A stretch of DNA of 64,000 nt from Opitutia bacterium UBA7876 (GTDB lineage: Bacteria > Verrucomicrobiota > Verrucomicrobiia > Opitutales > Seribacteraceae), in assembly GCA_002500665.1 (NCBI GenBank), contig DLRY01000046.1:6462-70461 (forward strand), written 5' to 3'. How positions within the stretch are numbered: the stretch's first letter is position 1; the number at the start of each line of letters is the position of its first letter. Positions 1 through 10,142 of the stretch are shown one piece after another. Position numbers and translations under genes: made by a program. Under the pieces are notes generated by a model. It saw nothing but the letters and a program-made list of their open reading frames with translations, had not been told where the DNA came from and did not search any database.

Positions 1-395
1 AAGACTACTACTCACGCATGGAGGGAGGGATCCTGGAGGCTTTCGGCATACTCTTCAAAGACAACGTCAGAATCTACGCCTACCCCATCGAGAAGGAAAA
101 CTTCGAGAGGTACGGCAAACAGGTAGGAATCGGCGACAACGTCGAGGTAGAAGTCGCAGAGGAAGATCTCCTTACAATCGAGAACCTGCTTGTGGCAGAC
201 AACCTAAGGAACCTTTACAAGTATATCCGTGAAAACGGGTTCCTCGAGACCATTGAGGACTGCGACAGGCGAAACATGAAATTGTTCTCTCGCGACGTAT
301 ACGAACAACTAAGGACCCGCAAGGAGGGTTGGCAGGAATTCCTTCCTGACTGTGTTGCCGATATGATTGAGAATCAGGCTTTGTGGAAGGATTAG
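1..395 (+). CDS. C-terminal part of a conserved protein, nicotinate-nucleotide adenylyltransferase-like family (5' partial)
   Basis: The frame is open from the window edge (KDYYSRMEGGILEAFGILF...YAYP). The GGILEAFGxLF motif resembles a Bacteroidota/PVC family variously annotated as NadD-like. Confidence 0.5.
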   Translation, partial: DYYSRMEGGILEAFGILFKDNVRIYAYPIEKENFERYGKQVGIGDNVEVEVAEEDLLTIENLLVADNLRNLYKYIRENGFLETIEDCDRRNMKLFSRDVYEQLRTRKEGWQEFLPDCVADMIENQALWKD

Positions 396-430
396 AAACT
401 ACAATATTCTCACTTATTTGAAGCGAGTTC

Positions 431-1342
431 TCAAAAACTAAAATCAGCGTAAATCATCCGGTGATCGGATGCGAGGACCGATTCCGGACCATCGAAAATC
501 TTGGCTGAGTTCGGCACGAGCTTTTCGATAAGAGATGGAGTGGAAAGTATATAGTCGAACCTGGAATAGGCATCTGCCTTGGCCCAATGATGAGTCCACC
601 TTTGCCCCCGCGAATCTTCGCAGGGAACCAATTTGGTCAATGGGGTATCGTTGACCTGTAGAAACCTTTGCAGTGCCGGAGAATTCCTATGGTCATTGAA
701 ATCACCGACGACCAGGTAGAAAGGCTTGCCTGCAGGCGGGCTGGACTTTCTAAGGTAGTCTCGGATGGTTCTGGCTTCCTTTTCACGGCGAATGCCGGCA
801 CCGGGATCTTCCTTCCTCTCGGTCCATTTGCTTTTCAAGTGAAGGTTGAAAAGCTTCCACCTCGTCCCCTTGGTCTGAAACTCAACTTCCATCAGGCCTC
901 GATCAGGGCTTTTGCGGCCACCGAAATAAACGAAGTCCAAGTCGTGTTCAAGCCGGACGGATAAAAAGGGATGCTTCGAAAGCAAGGCCAGATGGCGCTC
1001 TTCCTCGTCATCCGCAGCAGGCATCCACAAGGCATATGGATAAACCGGTCCGATTGTAACGTTTAGGTCCATCCAAAGCTCGTTGAGGAAAGGACGCTTT
1101 CCTATTTCCTGAAGAGCCAGCACATCCGCATCAACAGCTTTTATGATAGCCCGCAAAGCCCTCTTTTCCTTTTCAGGCTTAGGGTATTGCTTCTTCCATT
1201 CCCCCTCAACCAGGCGGTCCATAATGAGGTAATTCTGCAGGTTGATGGAAGCAACCCGGATGGTTTCGCCAGAAAGACAGAAAGTCAGGGAAACCCCGGC
1301 AATAGCCGAAATCACCCTAGAGAATAGCCTAACCCCGACCAC
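431..1342 (-). CDS. Endonuclease/exonuclease/phosphatase (EEP) family protein, signal peptide
   Basis: Motifs SINLQNY, DVLALQEIG, NLHLKS, VVGDFND, FDYILST and SDHRMI; hydrophobic N-terminus. Confidence 0.9.
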   Translation of the reverse strand: MVGVRLFSRVISAIAGVSLTFCLSGETIRVASINLQNYLIMDRLVEGEWKKQYPKPEKEKRALRAIIKAVDADVLALQEIGKRPFLNELWMDLNVTIGPVYPYALWMPAADDEEERHLALLSKHPFLSVRLEHDLDFVYFGGRKSPDRGLMEVEFQTKGTRWKLFNLHLKSKWTERKEDPGAGIRREKEARTIRDYLRKSSPPAGKPFYLVVGDFNDHRNSPALQRFLQVNDTPLTKLVPCEDSRGQRWTHHWAKADAYSRFDYILSTPSLIEKLVPNSAKIFDGPESVLASDHRMIYADFSF

Positions 1343-3173
1343 GAATGATCTTTACGTTCAAACGCTTGTTCTTGGGAATAATCAAACGATCCGAATCAAC
1401 CTTTCCCTCGCCATAGCTTTCGATGGCCTTCATCGCCTCTTCCGTGCGGTAGGAAAGATAGATACTTTGGAAAGGAAACATTCCACTGTACCCTTTCCCC
1501 CAGTGAAAATGCATTCCCTTGACGTTGGTCGGAGCCAACATGATCTTGTGGGAACCGAATGGCTTCCCATTCAACTCTGCGGTCTTGATCGGATTTGCCG
1601 TCCTTCCGTTGTACTCCTTCCTCAAATCATCCCACTTCTCCGCCATCGGCAACTTGATACGCTTGGACTCCAGAGGATCAACGTAAAGGGCACCCGTCCC
1701 GACGATTTCCTTGATTGCGGTCAAGGTCAAACCTTCCTTGGTTGCTTCGGGGGCTATGTTTGGGGTCTGCATGACAATGTAGAAGACCGTGGGGTGCTCC
1801 TCCCCGCTACTTTCTTTCATCTTGCCCCAAAAACTGAGCCCACGATGGTTGATTTCCATCGTATATTCAAAAGTCGAGTTATTGTCGTAAGTGCCTTTGA
1901 GCGTAGTTTCCTCACGATCCATTGATACCTCGGGAGGACTTTCGAAGGATACCACTTTTCTGTACTTGCGAACCCTTCTCTTCCCGTCGTTTTTGAGCCA
2001 ATAGATTGCTCGGAAGTGAACTTGAAGAGGCCTTTCCGTCGCACGGTCTCCATCCCCTGCGTTTTTGTTCGAGCCAAACTCCTTGAGCCAAATATTGACC
2101 GTATGCCCGCTGGAACTCAGAGCAACGTCGTAAATGGCGCTTTCAAGCACAGTATTGTACCCTTTCCACTTGCCTTCTCCGTAGGAAGCAAGACGCCCTC
2201 CTTTGGCAGGAATTATACGTGGATTCTTGGGCATGAGCTTTTCTTTCAGCCTCCTGAGCCCTTCTCCTAATGCCTGAGAAGGCTCGTCCAGACGGTTCCA
2301 GGGAATTTCGTAAGGACGGCTTGGGTTTTGTTTCATGACAAGGGTCAAAACCGACTCGTCGGCAGCTACAAACATTGCCTCGATTACGTTTCCGTCGGAG
2401 CTCTTCCACACGTGCATGTCGTCAAGGGAATTGTCGGCAAGGTCCGGCACCTTCATCGACTTTCTCTTCTTGGCAGCCTGAATCGCCTTCTTTTCCTTTT
2501 CCTGATAGATTCCATGAAGCTTCTTGGCCAAGGCCTGGGAGTCAGGGGATAGGCGGCTCAGGGGCACCGAACTCTCTCGGCGCCCCCCAAACAGGCCAAG
2601 ATTGAGGTCCTCACCTTCCAGGGAAAGAAACTTGGCCTTGATGACGTTCCCATCGGTGCTCGCCCATTTGTGCTCCGCATCGAGTGAAAGCTCCCCGTCT
2701 GCGGGAGTAGGTTCAAGAGTTGGAGGCGGGGGGGATGAAGGCTTGGAGGGAGTAGCTTTGGCCGAGGCAAGTTCACGGGCAAGTTTTTGGGATGCCGGGG
2801 AAAGCGTGGCCAAGGGGATGGGCACCACTCTGCCGTTCCAGTTGAGGGTTACCATTACGCCATCCGACTTAAGGAAGACGGCCTGCAGGGTCCGGCCTTG
2901 TGTATCCGTCCAAGAATGCATCCCTACAGTCGGTGGAGCGGCGGCTTGCGAAAGCCTCCTGGCCAAGGCTTGCGAAGCGGGAGAAAGGGTCGCTAAGGGA
3001 ATCGATACGACTTTTCCATTCCACTTGATGGTAACCGTTGTAGCATCGGCCTTGACGAAGGATGCTTGAAGCGTCCGGCCCTGAAGATCGGTCCAGGAAT
3101 GGAGAGCATCGTTTCCAGCCCAGACGGAGGCGGAGGTAATTGCCAAGAGAGCAAAAGCAAGAAGTGTCTTCAT
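1329..3173 (-). CDS. Secreted protein with four SHD1-like repeats and an unknown C-terminal domain
   Basis: Probable start MKTLLAFALLA at 3173 (signal peptide). Four repeats of HxWT/AS(D)xxGxxIxAxF...IPLxxLSxxSQxLA. Confidence 0.75.
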   Translation of the reverse strand: MKTLLAFALLAITSASVWAGNDALHSWTDLQGRTLQASFVKADATTVTIKWNGKVVSIPLATLSPASQALARRLSQAAAPPTVGMHSWTDTQGRTLQAVFLKSDGVMVTLNWNGRVVPIPLATLSPASQKLARELASAKATPSKPSSPPPPTLEPTPADGELSLDAEHKWASTDGNVIKAKFLSLEGEDLNLGLFGGRRESSVPLSRLSPDSQALAKKLHGIYQEKEKKAIQAAKKRKSMKVPDLADNSLDDMHVWKSSDGNVIEAMFVAADESVLTLVMKQNPSRPYEIPWNRLDEPSQALGEGLRRLKEKLMPKNPRIIPAKGGRLASYGEGKWKGYNTVLESAIYDVALSSSGHTVNIWLKEFGSNKNAGDGDRATERPLQVHFRAIYWLKNDGKRRVRKYRKVVSFESPPEVSMDREETTLKGTYDNNSTFEYTMEINHRGLSFWGKMKESSGEEHPTVFYIVMQTPNIAPEATKEGLTLTAIKEIVGTGALYVDPLESKRIKLPMAEKWDDLRKEYNGRTANPIKTAELNGKPFGSHKIMLAPTNVKGMHFHWGKGYSGMFPFQSIYLSYRTEEAMKAIESYGEGKVDSDRLIIPKNKRLNVKIIRGRG

Positions 3174-3184
3174 AAGTCGATTGA

Positions 3185-4630
3185 TTAGGCGTCCTCGTCC
3201 GCATATTCCCAAGGAAGAGGAAACGAAACCTTTTTCTGCTCCCAAGGCTTGAAAACGTCAAAGATTTTCCCCGGATTGAGGATACCCTTGGGGTCTAGCG
3301 TTCCCTTGATCGCCCGCATTGCGCCCCACTCGGCCTCGCTGAACTGCAGGTGAGCAAAAGGAGTCTTAGCCAACCCAATACCGTGCTCACCGCTGATCGC
3401 CCCACCCAAATCGATGACTTTCCTCATCAGTTTCTCAAGAGCCGAAACGGCCCGCCCTGTCTCCTCTGCGTCACTCTCGTCGTACATAAAGTTGACGTGA
3501 AGGTTTCCATCTCCGCAATGACCGAACACGCCGATTTTCAAGCTCGTGTCTTCCCTGAGCAAACTTACGAAGTCCACCAGTTCAATCTGGCGGTCCAGCG
3601 GAACGACCACGTCTTCATTCAACTTGGTTTCGGCAAGCTTCTTCATGGCAGGGGAAGCCTGACGGCGAACCTCCCACAGCGTTTCTTCCTCCTCACCACT
3701 CTCAGCGACGCAAGAGCGAACCGAGTTTTGCCCGAGCCAGGCTAGTAGCTTTTCGCTCTGGGCGTTTATGGACGACTCGGTACCATCCAGCTCAATAAGC
3801 AGAACGGCGTGGGAAGCGAGACCGGGAAAGACGTCCTTGCCAGTATATTGTTGAACGCAATCGACCGTCCACTGGTCGAGAAACTCGATGATCGAGGGTC
3901 TGACGCCCATCCTCATCAATTCCGCAGGTGCCGACAGGGCCGAGGCTTCGCTCGAAAAGGCTGCAAGAAAGGTCCTTCTTCCCTCGGGTTGTGGAATCAG
4001 CCTCAAGGTTGCCTCGGTCACTACCCCGAGGGTGCCCTCGCTTCCCACCCAAAGGTCCCGCAGGTTGTAACCGGTGGCAAATTTACGAGTCGCCCTACCC
4101 CAGCGCACGAACTCTCCCGTTGAGAGGAATCCCGCAAGGGCGAGGACGTAATCCCTGGTAACCCCATACTTCACGCAGCGAAGCCCACCGGCATTGCAGG
4201 CGACGTTCCCGCCAATGGTGCAAAACTTCTTGGACGACGGATCGGGGGGATAAAATAGGCCGACCGCAGAGGCTTTTTTCTGCAAATCCTCGACGACGGC
4301 CCCTGGCCCGCAGTTGGCGAGCATATTGCCCTCGTCGATTTCAATCGAGTCCAGGCCACTTAGATCCAAGACCCATCCTCCACCTATGGGGGTCGCCCCT
4401 CCAGTAAGAGAAGATCCGGCGCCACGAGTGGTGACGGGGATCGAGAACTCACTAGCCACTTCCAGAATTTCGCCTACTTGGGCACCGGAAACCGGCCGGA
4501 CGACCGCATCAGGTATCTTTCCGACCTTCAGGCCGTCGAAAGAGGCCGTGGACAAGTCCTCTTCCTCACGGCGAACGCAAGGACCGAGTTTTTTCTCCAA
4601 AAGAGATAGAGCATCTTCTTGTTGTGACAT
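3185..4630 (-). CDS. FAD-linked oxidase, GlcD/D-lactate dehydrogenase family
   Basis: RGAGSSLTGG, PPDPSS, TIGGNVACNAGG, FGHCGDGNLHVN, ISGEHGIG, GILNPGK. Confidence 0.9.
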   Translation of the reverse strand: MSQQEDALSLLEKKLGPCVRREEEDLSTASFDGLKVGKIPDAVVRPVSGAQVGEILEVASEFSIPVTTRGAGSSLTGGATPIGGGWVLDLSGLDSIEIDEGNMLANCGPGAVVEDLQKKASAVGLFYPPDPSSKKFCTIGGNVACNAGGLRCVKYGVTRDYVLALAGFLSTGEFVRWGRATRKFATGYNLRDLWVGSEGTLGVVTEATLRLIPQPEGRRTFLAAFSSEASALSAPAELMRMGVRPSIIEFLDQWTVDCVQQYTGKDVFPGLASHAVLLIELDGTESSINAQSEKLLAWLGQNSVRSCVAESGEEEETLWEVRRQASPAMKKLAETKLNEDVVVPLDRQIELVDFVSLLREDTSLKIGVFGHCGDGNLHVNFMYDESDAEETGRAVSALEKLMRKVIDLGGAISGEHGIGLAKTPFAHLQFSEAEWGAMRAIKGTLDPKGILNPGKIFDVFKPWEQKKVSFPLPWEYADEDA

Positions 4631-4715
4631 GATGGGGCGGAACCTAAATGGAGCATTCTATTGCTTTGCCGGCCGATTGCTAAGAAAAAAGCGATAGGAG
4701 AGGCGTTTTGGCCCG

Positions 4716-5135
4716 CTAACCCGACTTTGTGTCGAGGCTCAGCTTGGTCAGGTTGCGTTCCTTAAGCATATTGACCACGTCAATGACCTTCTGATACGGC
4801 AGGGCGCGATCCCCTCGAATATGGATGGTCGGCTGCTCGCCCGCTGATTCGGCTATCGCATCGAGGCGTCCTTCAAGTTCACCCTTGCTGACCGAATCCT
4901 TGCCCCACTGGTACTTACCCTTGGCATCGATGGTGATGAACCTGTCCTCTATTTCCGGTGGAGGCTGAATGGGACCGGGGGCCTGATCCGGGAGATCGAT
5001 CCGGTTGTACTGTTCAATAACCGGGGTGGTGATCATGAAGATGATGAGCAGGGAAAACGCCAAATCGATCAAGGGGGTTACGTTGAGATCGGAAATGACC
5101 GCCAGTTTGTTCTCTCTCTTGAAGTCTCTCGCCAT
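4716..5135 (-). CDS. exbD: ExbD/TolR biopolymer transporter
   Basis: LNVTPLIDLAFSLLIIFMITTP, then IRGDRALPYQKVIDV. Confidence 0.9.
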   Translation of the reverse strand: MARDFKRENKLAVISDLNVTPLIDLAFSLLIIFMITTPVIEQYNRIDLPDQAPGPIQPPPEIEDRFITIDAKGKYQWGKDSVSKGELEGRLDAIAESAGEQPTIHIRGDRALPYQKVIDVVNMLKERNLTKLSLDTKSG

Positions 5136-5165
5136 ACTAAACGATTACCCTTTCAACGATTCTGC

Positions 5166-5855
5166 TCAGGAATCTTTCTCAAGCTCGATCCGGTCGGCCA
5201 AGTTGCTTGCGAAGTTCTCCAACTTGGTCATACATGAGCGGGTCGTCCCGAGGAGGTGATTATAAGCAAAGACGATGGGAATCGCCACGCAGAGGGCCGC
5301 CACGGTGGTCAGCAGGGCACCCGAAACCCCCGGAGCCAAGTGCTCGATGGTGGCTCCCCCCTTGTCCATGGTGCCGAAAGCGTCCATCACGCCCCACACC
5401 GTGCCGAGCAAGCCGAGAAAGGGAGCTCCGGAGACGATGGTGGCCAGCCAGTACATCTTGGCCTCATACCTCTCCGCGACCTCGGCCAAGGCCCGCTTGA
5501 TCGCATTCTCGACGTAGTTCATGCGAACCTTCCCGTCATGCATGCTTCTGCGGGCAGCCTCCATGGCCCGCGAGCAGATCTTCAGATATGGACTCCCCTC
5601 CCCCGGAAAAAGGGCGTCGTCGTAATCGTATATGGAGGGAAGGTCGTTGAGACGCTTTTCATCCCGCGCGTTGTGTTTGTTCGCCTTCTTGAGCTCCTGA
5701 AACTTGCTCAGCATCAGGCTGACCGCATAGCAATTCATCACGGCTAGAACCACGATTACCATCTTGCCGGCGAAGTTCGAGTCCACGAAATACTCGAATA
5801 GTTTCAAATCGGCCAAAAAAACGTTTCCCGCCCCAAACAGGTCAAAGTCGATCAT
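5166..5855 (-). CDS. exbB: ExbB/TolQ/MotA proton channel
   Basis: SGAPFLGLLGTVWGVM and GVSGALLTTVAALCVAIP; directly upstream of exbD. Confidence 0.9.
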   Translation of the reverse strand: MIDFDLFGAGNVFLADLKLFEYFVDSNFAGKMVIVVLAVMNCYAVSLMLSKFQELKKANKHNARDEKRLNDLPSIYDYDDALFPGEGSPYLKICSRAMEAARRSMHDGKVRMNYVENAIKRALAEVAERYEAKMYWLATIVSGAPFLGLLGTVWGVMDAFGTMDKGGATIEHLAPGVSGALLTTVAALCVAIPIVFAYNHLLGTTRSCMTKLENFASNLADRIELEKDS

Positions 5856-6004
5856 AATTCCTATCCTCCATTAAATTTCCCACATACTTCTTTTTCTTTT
5901 TTCCGGCGTGAGATCAACGAAAATTTGCTGCGGTCAATTCTTAAGGTCCCGTGGGCTCGATTAAGTTTGCCCATTTTTGCAAAGAATCATAGTGACGAAT
6001 CAGC

Positions 6005-7129
6005 ATGCAAGTTTCATCAGAGGTCATTGACGAACTAAGTGAAAAGACCTTCGATCCCTCGGGACGAAGGGCCGTCGTCGGACTGGATGGGTTCGTCGAC
6101 AAAATCGTCACCCCGGTCGACAAGAGACACGGCCTCGAGGACGACTTCGATGCCATAGAAACCATTGGCGACTTGGGAGCCAGAATCAGTGCGGCGGCGG
6201 GCAAAAGCGCCAACATCGAACTTTATCCCCGTTTCGACAAACTTGGAGGCAACGGGCCCATTATGGCCAACGCCCTTCTCTCCCTTGGCCTAGGCGTCAG
6301 GTACGTCGGAGCCTTGGGTCGGCCTGTCGTTGACCCGGTATTCGAGGAATTCGCCCGCAACACCGAGGCCGTTTCCCTCACCAACCCGGGGATTACCACC
6401 GCCGCCGAATTCAAGGACGGCAAGCTCATGTTCGGAAACATGCGCAGCCTTGGGGAAATCGACTTCGACCGCATCATGGAAGTTTGCGGACGGGAATCCT
6501 TCCTCGGAATGCTGACCGAGGCAGACGTGTTATCGATCGTCAACTGGACCATGATCCCCAAGATGACCTCCATTTTGCAGCGCATGGCGGAAGAAATCAT
6601 GCCCGACCTGGGCGATGCGGGTCCCGAAGGATTCTTCTTCGACCTTACCGATCCGGCCAAACGCTCGACTGAGGACATCCGCGAGGTACTGGAAGTCATT
6701 TCCCGCTTTCAAGGCTTCTCGGAAGTCACTCTCGGGCTCAATTTCAACGAAGCCCACCAGGTTTCGGATACGCTGGGTCTTCAAAAAGGCGAAAGAAGCG
6801 AGCAATCCCTTAGGGATATGGCTTCTGCGATTCGTGAAAAACTACGAATTTCATGCGTCGTCGTACACCCCGTGGAATCGGCTGGCTGCGCCACGGAGGA
6901 AGGATCCTGGTGGTCCGAGGGTCCTTACACAGAGAACCCCAAGATTACCACCGGTGCCGGGGATCACTTCAATGCGGGCTTCTCAGCAGCCAGGCTTTGC
7001 GGTTTTTCCCCACTTGCCTCCCTCGCCTTGGCTACTTGTACCTCGGGTCATTACGTTCGCTCAGCCCAAAGCCCAACCCCCGACCAAGTAGTCGACCTGC
7101 TCACGCAGGCAAGGGATTCTTCGCAGTGA
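6005..7129 (+). CDS. PfkB-family carbohydrate kinase
   Basis: GGNGPIMANAL near the N-terminus and the PfkB signature TTGAGDHFNAGF. Confidence 0.85.
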   Translation: MQVSSEVIDELSEKTFDPSGRRAVVGLDGFVDKIVTPVDKRHGLEDDFDAIETIGDLGARISAAAGKSANIELYPRFDKLGGNGPIMANALLSLGLGVRYVGALGRPVVDPVFEEFARNTEAVSLTNPGITTAAEFKDGKLMFGNMRSLGEIDFDRIMEVCGRESFLGMLTEADVLSIVNWTMIPKMTSILQRMAEEIMPDLGDAGPEGFFFDLTDPAKRSTEDIREVLEVISRFQGFSEVTLGLNFNEAHQVSDTLGLQKGERSEQSLRDMASAIREKLRISCVVVHPVESAGCATEEGSWWSEGPYTENPKITTGAGDHFNAGFSAARLCGFSPLASLALATCTSGHYVRSAQSPTPDQVVDLLTQARDSSQ

Positions 7130-7776
7130 GTCACGAATCTGGAATACTCATATCCTTCGAGGGATCCGAAGGATGCGGCAAATCAACCCAGATCAGCCGT
7201 CTTGCGGATCGACTGGAGGAAATCGACCATCGCGACGTGGTCGTGACGCGGGAACCCGGGGGAACCATCATTGGCGAGGACATCCGTCACTTGCTTATGC
7301 ACGCGGACTCCTCCCAGAGCATTTTCCCTGAAACCGAGTTGTTGCTTTTCGCCGCAAGCAGGGCCCAACTGGTGCGAGAACTGATCCTGCCAGCGGTACG
7401 CGAGGGCAAGATCGTTCTTTGCGACCGCTTCCTTGACTCCACTACAGTATATCAGGGCGTAGCACGACAAATTGCCGACGATCCCATCACCCAGATCAAT
7501 GGGTTCGCGGTTGGTGAAATGATCCCCGATCTTACCATCGTCCTCGACGTGCCGGCCGAGGTTGGCTTGGAGCGGATCAAGCACAGGGTATCCGACATGC
7601 CCGACCGAATGGAACAGGAGAACGTCGAGTTTTACGGCAAGGTAAGAGAGGGCTACCTTCACTTGGCCAAAAGTCTTCCCGATAGGTTTTTCGTGGTCGA
7701 CGGCCTTGCCGAGCCCGACGAAGTCGAAATCTCAATTTGGAACGAGATCCACTCCCGCTTCTTCGAGCAGGACTGA
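7126..7776 (+). CDS. tmk: Thymidylate (dTMP) kinase
   Basis: GTG start at 7126 overlaps the upstream stop. FEGSEGCGKST P-loop, TREPGG, LLFAASRAQ, CDRFLDSTTVYQG. Confidence 0.95.
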   Translation: MSHESGILISFEGSEGCGKSTQISRLADRLEEIDHRDVVVTREPGGTIIGEDIRHLLMHADSSQSIFPETELLLFAASRAQLVRELILPAVREGKIVLCDRFLDSTTVYQGVARQIADDPITQINGFAVGEMIPDLTIVLDVPAEVGLERIKHRVSDMPDRMEQENVEFYGKVREGYLHLAKSLPDRFFVVDGLAEPDEVEISIWNEIHSRFFEQD

Positions 7777-7791
7777 ACCAGGCGGACCAAG

Positions 7792-8709
7792 GTGGCGAAG
7801 TTCTCATCCGACCCGAACGAAAAGCTCCTCCAGCGACTCAAGGACGGCACGCTCCATCACGCCATCCTCTTTCATGGCCATGACTTGGAGTCGGTTGAGA
7901 GGGATGCCCTGTCCCTTGCGAAGCAAATCCTCCACATGAACGAAGAAGCTTCCGAGCACCCTGACTTGTTCAGGGTTCGGCCAGCCGGGAAGACTCGTAT
8001 TATTTCCATCGATAAGACAAGGGAGCTGATCGCCGAATTAAACCGTACTTCCAACCAGGGTGGCGCCAAGGTCGGCCTGCTCCACGAATCGGACCGGATG
8101 AAAATGGAAGCCTCCAACGCCTTTCTGAAAACCCTAGAGGAACCTCCCCATGAAACGTTTCTCTTCTTGCTCACGACACGGCCTTACTCGATGCTTCCGA
8201 CAATCAGGAGCCGTTGCCTGCAAGTCAGGATCGCGACCAACAAGGATCCTATATACGACAAGGACTGGGATGAATGGGTGGCCAAGTATGGCGACTGGAT
8301 CCACCTGATGCTCGATCGCAAAAGAATGATGCAGGACCGTACGGCTCCCGTCTTTGCCGCCTATGGGTTAGCCGAGAGATTAACCTCGCTTATCCGAAGA
8401 AGGGCAGATGAAAAATTCAAGGCCGCGATCAAGGAGCTTACGGTGAAGCTCGACGACAAGGAAAAGGATGCCCTCGAGTCAGGCATCAGGAGAGGAATCC
8501 GATCTGGTTTCCTCACGGAACTTGCTCTTAAGACTCGGGAAATCGTTATCCGGGACGGAACGCAACCCACTGAGAAGATCAGTCTCAAGTTAGCCCGGGC
8601 AATCACCAGCCTGGAAAAAAACAAGGGGCTTATGGAAGTTAACCTAAAGGAAGAGGCCGCCCTGGAAAATTTTTTACTCTTCTCACTACGAAACTGGACT
8701 GCCAAGTGA
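7792..8709 (+). CDS. holB: DNA polymerase III delta-prime-like subunit
   Basis: HPDLFRV, ISIDKTRELI, SNAFLKTLEEPP, LPTIRSRC; tmk-holB synteny. Confidence 0.8.
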   Translation: MAKFSSDPNEKLLQRLKDGTLHHAILFHGHDLESVERDALSLAKQILHMNEEASEHPDLFRVRPAGKTRIISIDKTRELIAELNRTSNQGGAKVGLLHESDRMKMEASNAFLKTLEEPPHETFLFLLTTRPYSMLPTIRSRCLQVRIATNKDPIYDKDWDEWVAKYGDWIHLMLDRKRMMQDRTAPVFAAYGLAERLTSLIRRRADEKFKAAIKELTVKLDDKEKDALESGIRRGIRSGFLTELALKTREIVIRDGTQPTEKISLKLARAITSLEKNKGLMEVNLKEEAALENFLLFSLRNWTAK

Positions 8710-8743
8710 CACGGTTTACAAACGCAGTCGACCGCACGTAATC

Positions 8744-9082
8744 ATGCCAACCCTTTTTGAAAAAATCATCAACCGGGAAATTCCTGCCGACGTCCTTCAC
8801 GAGGATGAAACCTGTATCGCCATTCGTGACATTGCGCCACAAGCACCCGTTCACGCCTTGGTCATTCCCAAGAAGGTGATCCCAAGGATCGCCGAGGCTC
8901 GTCGGGAAGACCAGGAAGTCATCGGTCATCTTTTGCTCGTGGCCGGGCAATTGGCCCGATCCGAGAAACTGGATGATGGCTTCAGGATCGTTATTAACAA
9001 TGGTTCCGATGGCGGGGAAACCGTACCTCACCTGCACGTTCATCTGCTCGGAGGCAGGCAACTCCGATGGCCTCCGGGCTAA
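8744..9082 (+). CDS. HIT family nucleotide-binding protein (HinT-like)
   Basis: DIAPQAPVHALVIPK and the HLHVHLLGG histidine triad. Confidence 0.95.
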   Translation: MPTLFEKIINREIPADVLHEDETCIAIRDIAPQAPVHALVIPKKVIPRIAEARREDQEVIGHLLLVAGQLARSEKLDDGFRIVINNGSDGGETVPHLHVHLLGGRQLRWPPG

Positions 9083-9091
9083 GCAGCTTTT

Positions 9092-10132
9092 ATGAAACCT
9101 CTTGCAATCCTTCTTTTGTCCTGCGGACCCATCCTTCTGGCGGACCAGGTCGTCACCAAGGATGGTTCCCGCATCATGGGCACGGCCGTTAGCGTCATTG
9201 ATGGGAACCTGACTTTCAAGACGGAGTTCTCGGGCAAGATTAGGATACCAGTCGACCAGATTTCCTCACTGGTCTCCGAGTCACCGATCTCTCTGCGCCT
9301 CGACGACAACCGTACTTTCAACGACAAGATCGTTCCCGCCGATGGGGACAGAATAGGACTGGAGGACAATGATCTCAGCTTTGGCTTTGCCCGTATCCGT
9401 CATCTCTGGGCGGATGGAAACGAGGATCCCCTCGTGCTGGCCGAGCAAAAAAAGGCGGAGGCACTAGTCATGAAATGGGCCCATGCCATCGGCTTCGACT
9501 TCACGGGATCGTCCGGAAACACCGATGACTTGGGAATCGGGCTAAGGGCAGACAGCACCTACGGCAACAAGTTTCGCGAATACGAACTCTACCTTGCCTA
9601 CAACAATTCCAGCAAGGAGGACGTAACCGTAGTCGACGAAACCAAGCTAGGTGCGGAGTACGACTCTCGATTCTTCGAGCGTTTGTCTTGGTATGCCAAG
9701 ACGGACTGGGAAAACGACCGGCTCGAGAAGGTTGACCTGAGAGCAACGGCCGCCCTCGGACTTAAATACAACTGGATCACAGACAAGTCCTATGAAGTCG
9801 CCGCCCGAGCCGGGCTTGCCTTTCGCTTCGAGGAATATCAGTCGCCTTCCGTCGACAACTTGAGTGACCCTGCCCTCGACTTTGGCCTGGAGTACTCCCA
9901 GGAAATCAAGGACTTCCTTTCTCTCCAGAGCGACCTCACCTATATACCCAGCGTTAAGGACTTCACGGATTTCCTCTTGAGCAACGACGTCGCCCTAGTC
10001 ATTCCAATCGACAAGAAAGAGGACTGGAACCTTAGATCGGGAATCAACGGCACCTATAACTCCACTCCGGTCTCCGGAAAGGATCAACTGGACTTGAAGT
10101 ACTACTTGCGACTCGTCTACCGCCTGGACTGA
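9092..10132 (+). CDS. DUF481-like outer-membrane beta-barrel protein
   Basis: Signal peptide, N-terminal DQVVTKDGSRIMG domain, alternating beta-strand C-terminus ending YYLRLVYRLD. Confidence 0.75.
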   Translation: MKPLAILLLSCGPILLADQVVTKDGSRIMGTAVSVIDGNLTFKTEFSGKIRIPVDQISSLVSESPISLRLDDNRTFNDKIVPADGDRIGLEDNDLSFGFARIRHLWADGNEDPLVLAEQKKAEALVMKWAHAIGFDFTGSSGNTDDLGIGLRADSTYGNKFREYELYLAYNNSSKEDVTVVDETKLGAEYDSRFFERLSWYAKTDWENDRLEKVDLRATAALGLKYNWITDKSYEVAARAGLAFRFEEYQSPSVDNLSDPALDFGLEYSQEIKDFLSLQSDLTYIPSVKDFTDFLLSNDVALVIPIDKKEDWNLRSGINGTYNSTPVSGKDQLDLKYYLRLVYRLD

Positions 10133-10142
10133 AGAGTTGGAT

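Noticed and set aside
6853-7125. N-terminal extensions in the ORF track (tmk, SplB-like, GNAT, sulfatase, Hyi, SHD1 protein, mlaE)
   Set aside because: They overlap upstream genes; downstream starts coupled to the upstream stop, or giving clean signal peptides, fit the families better.
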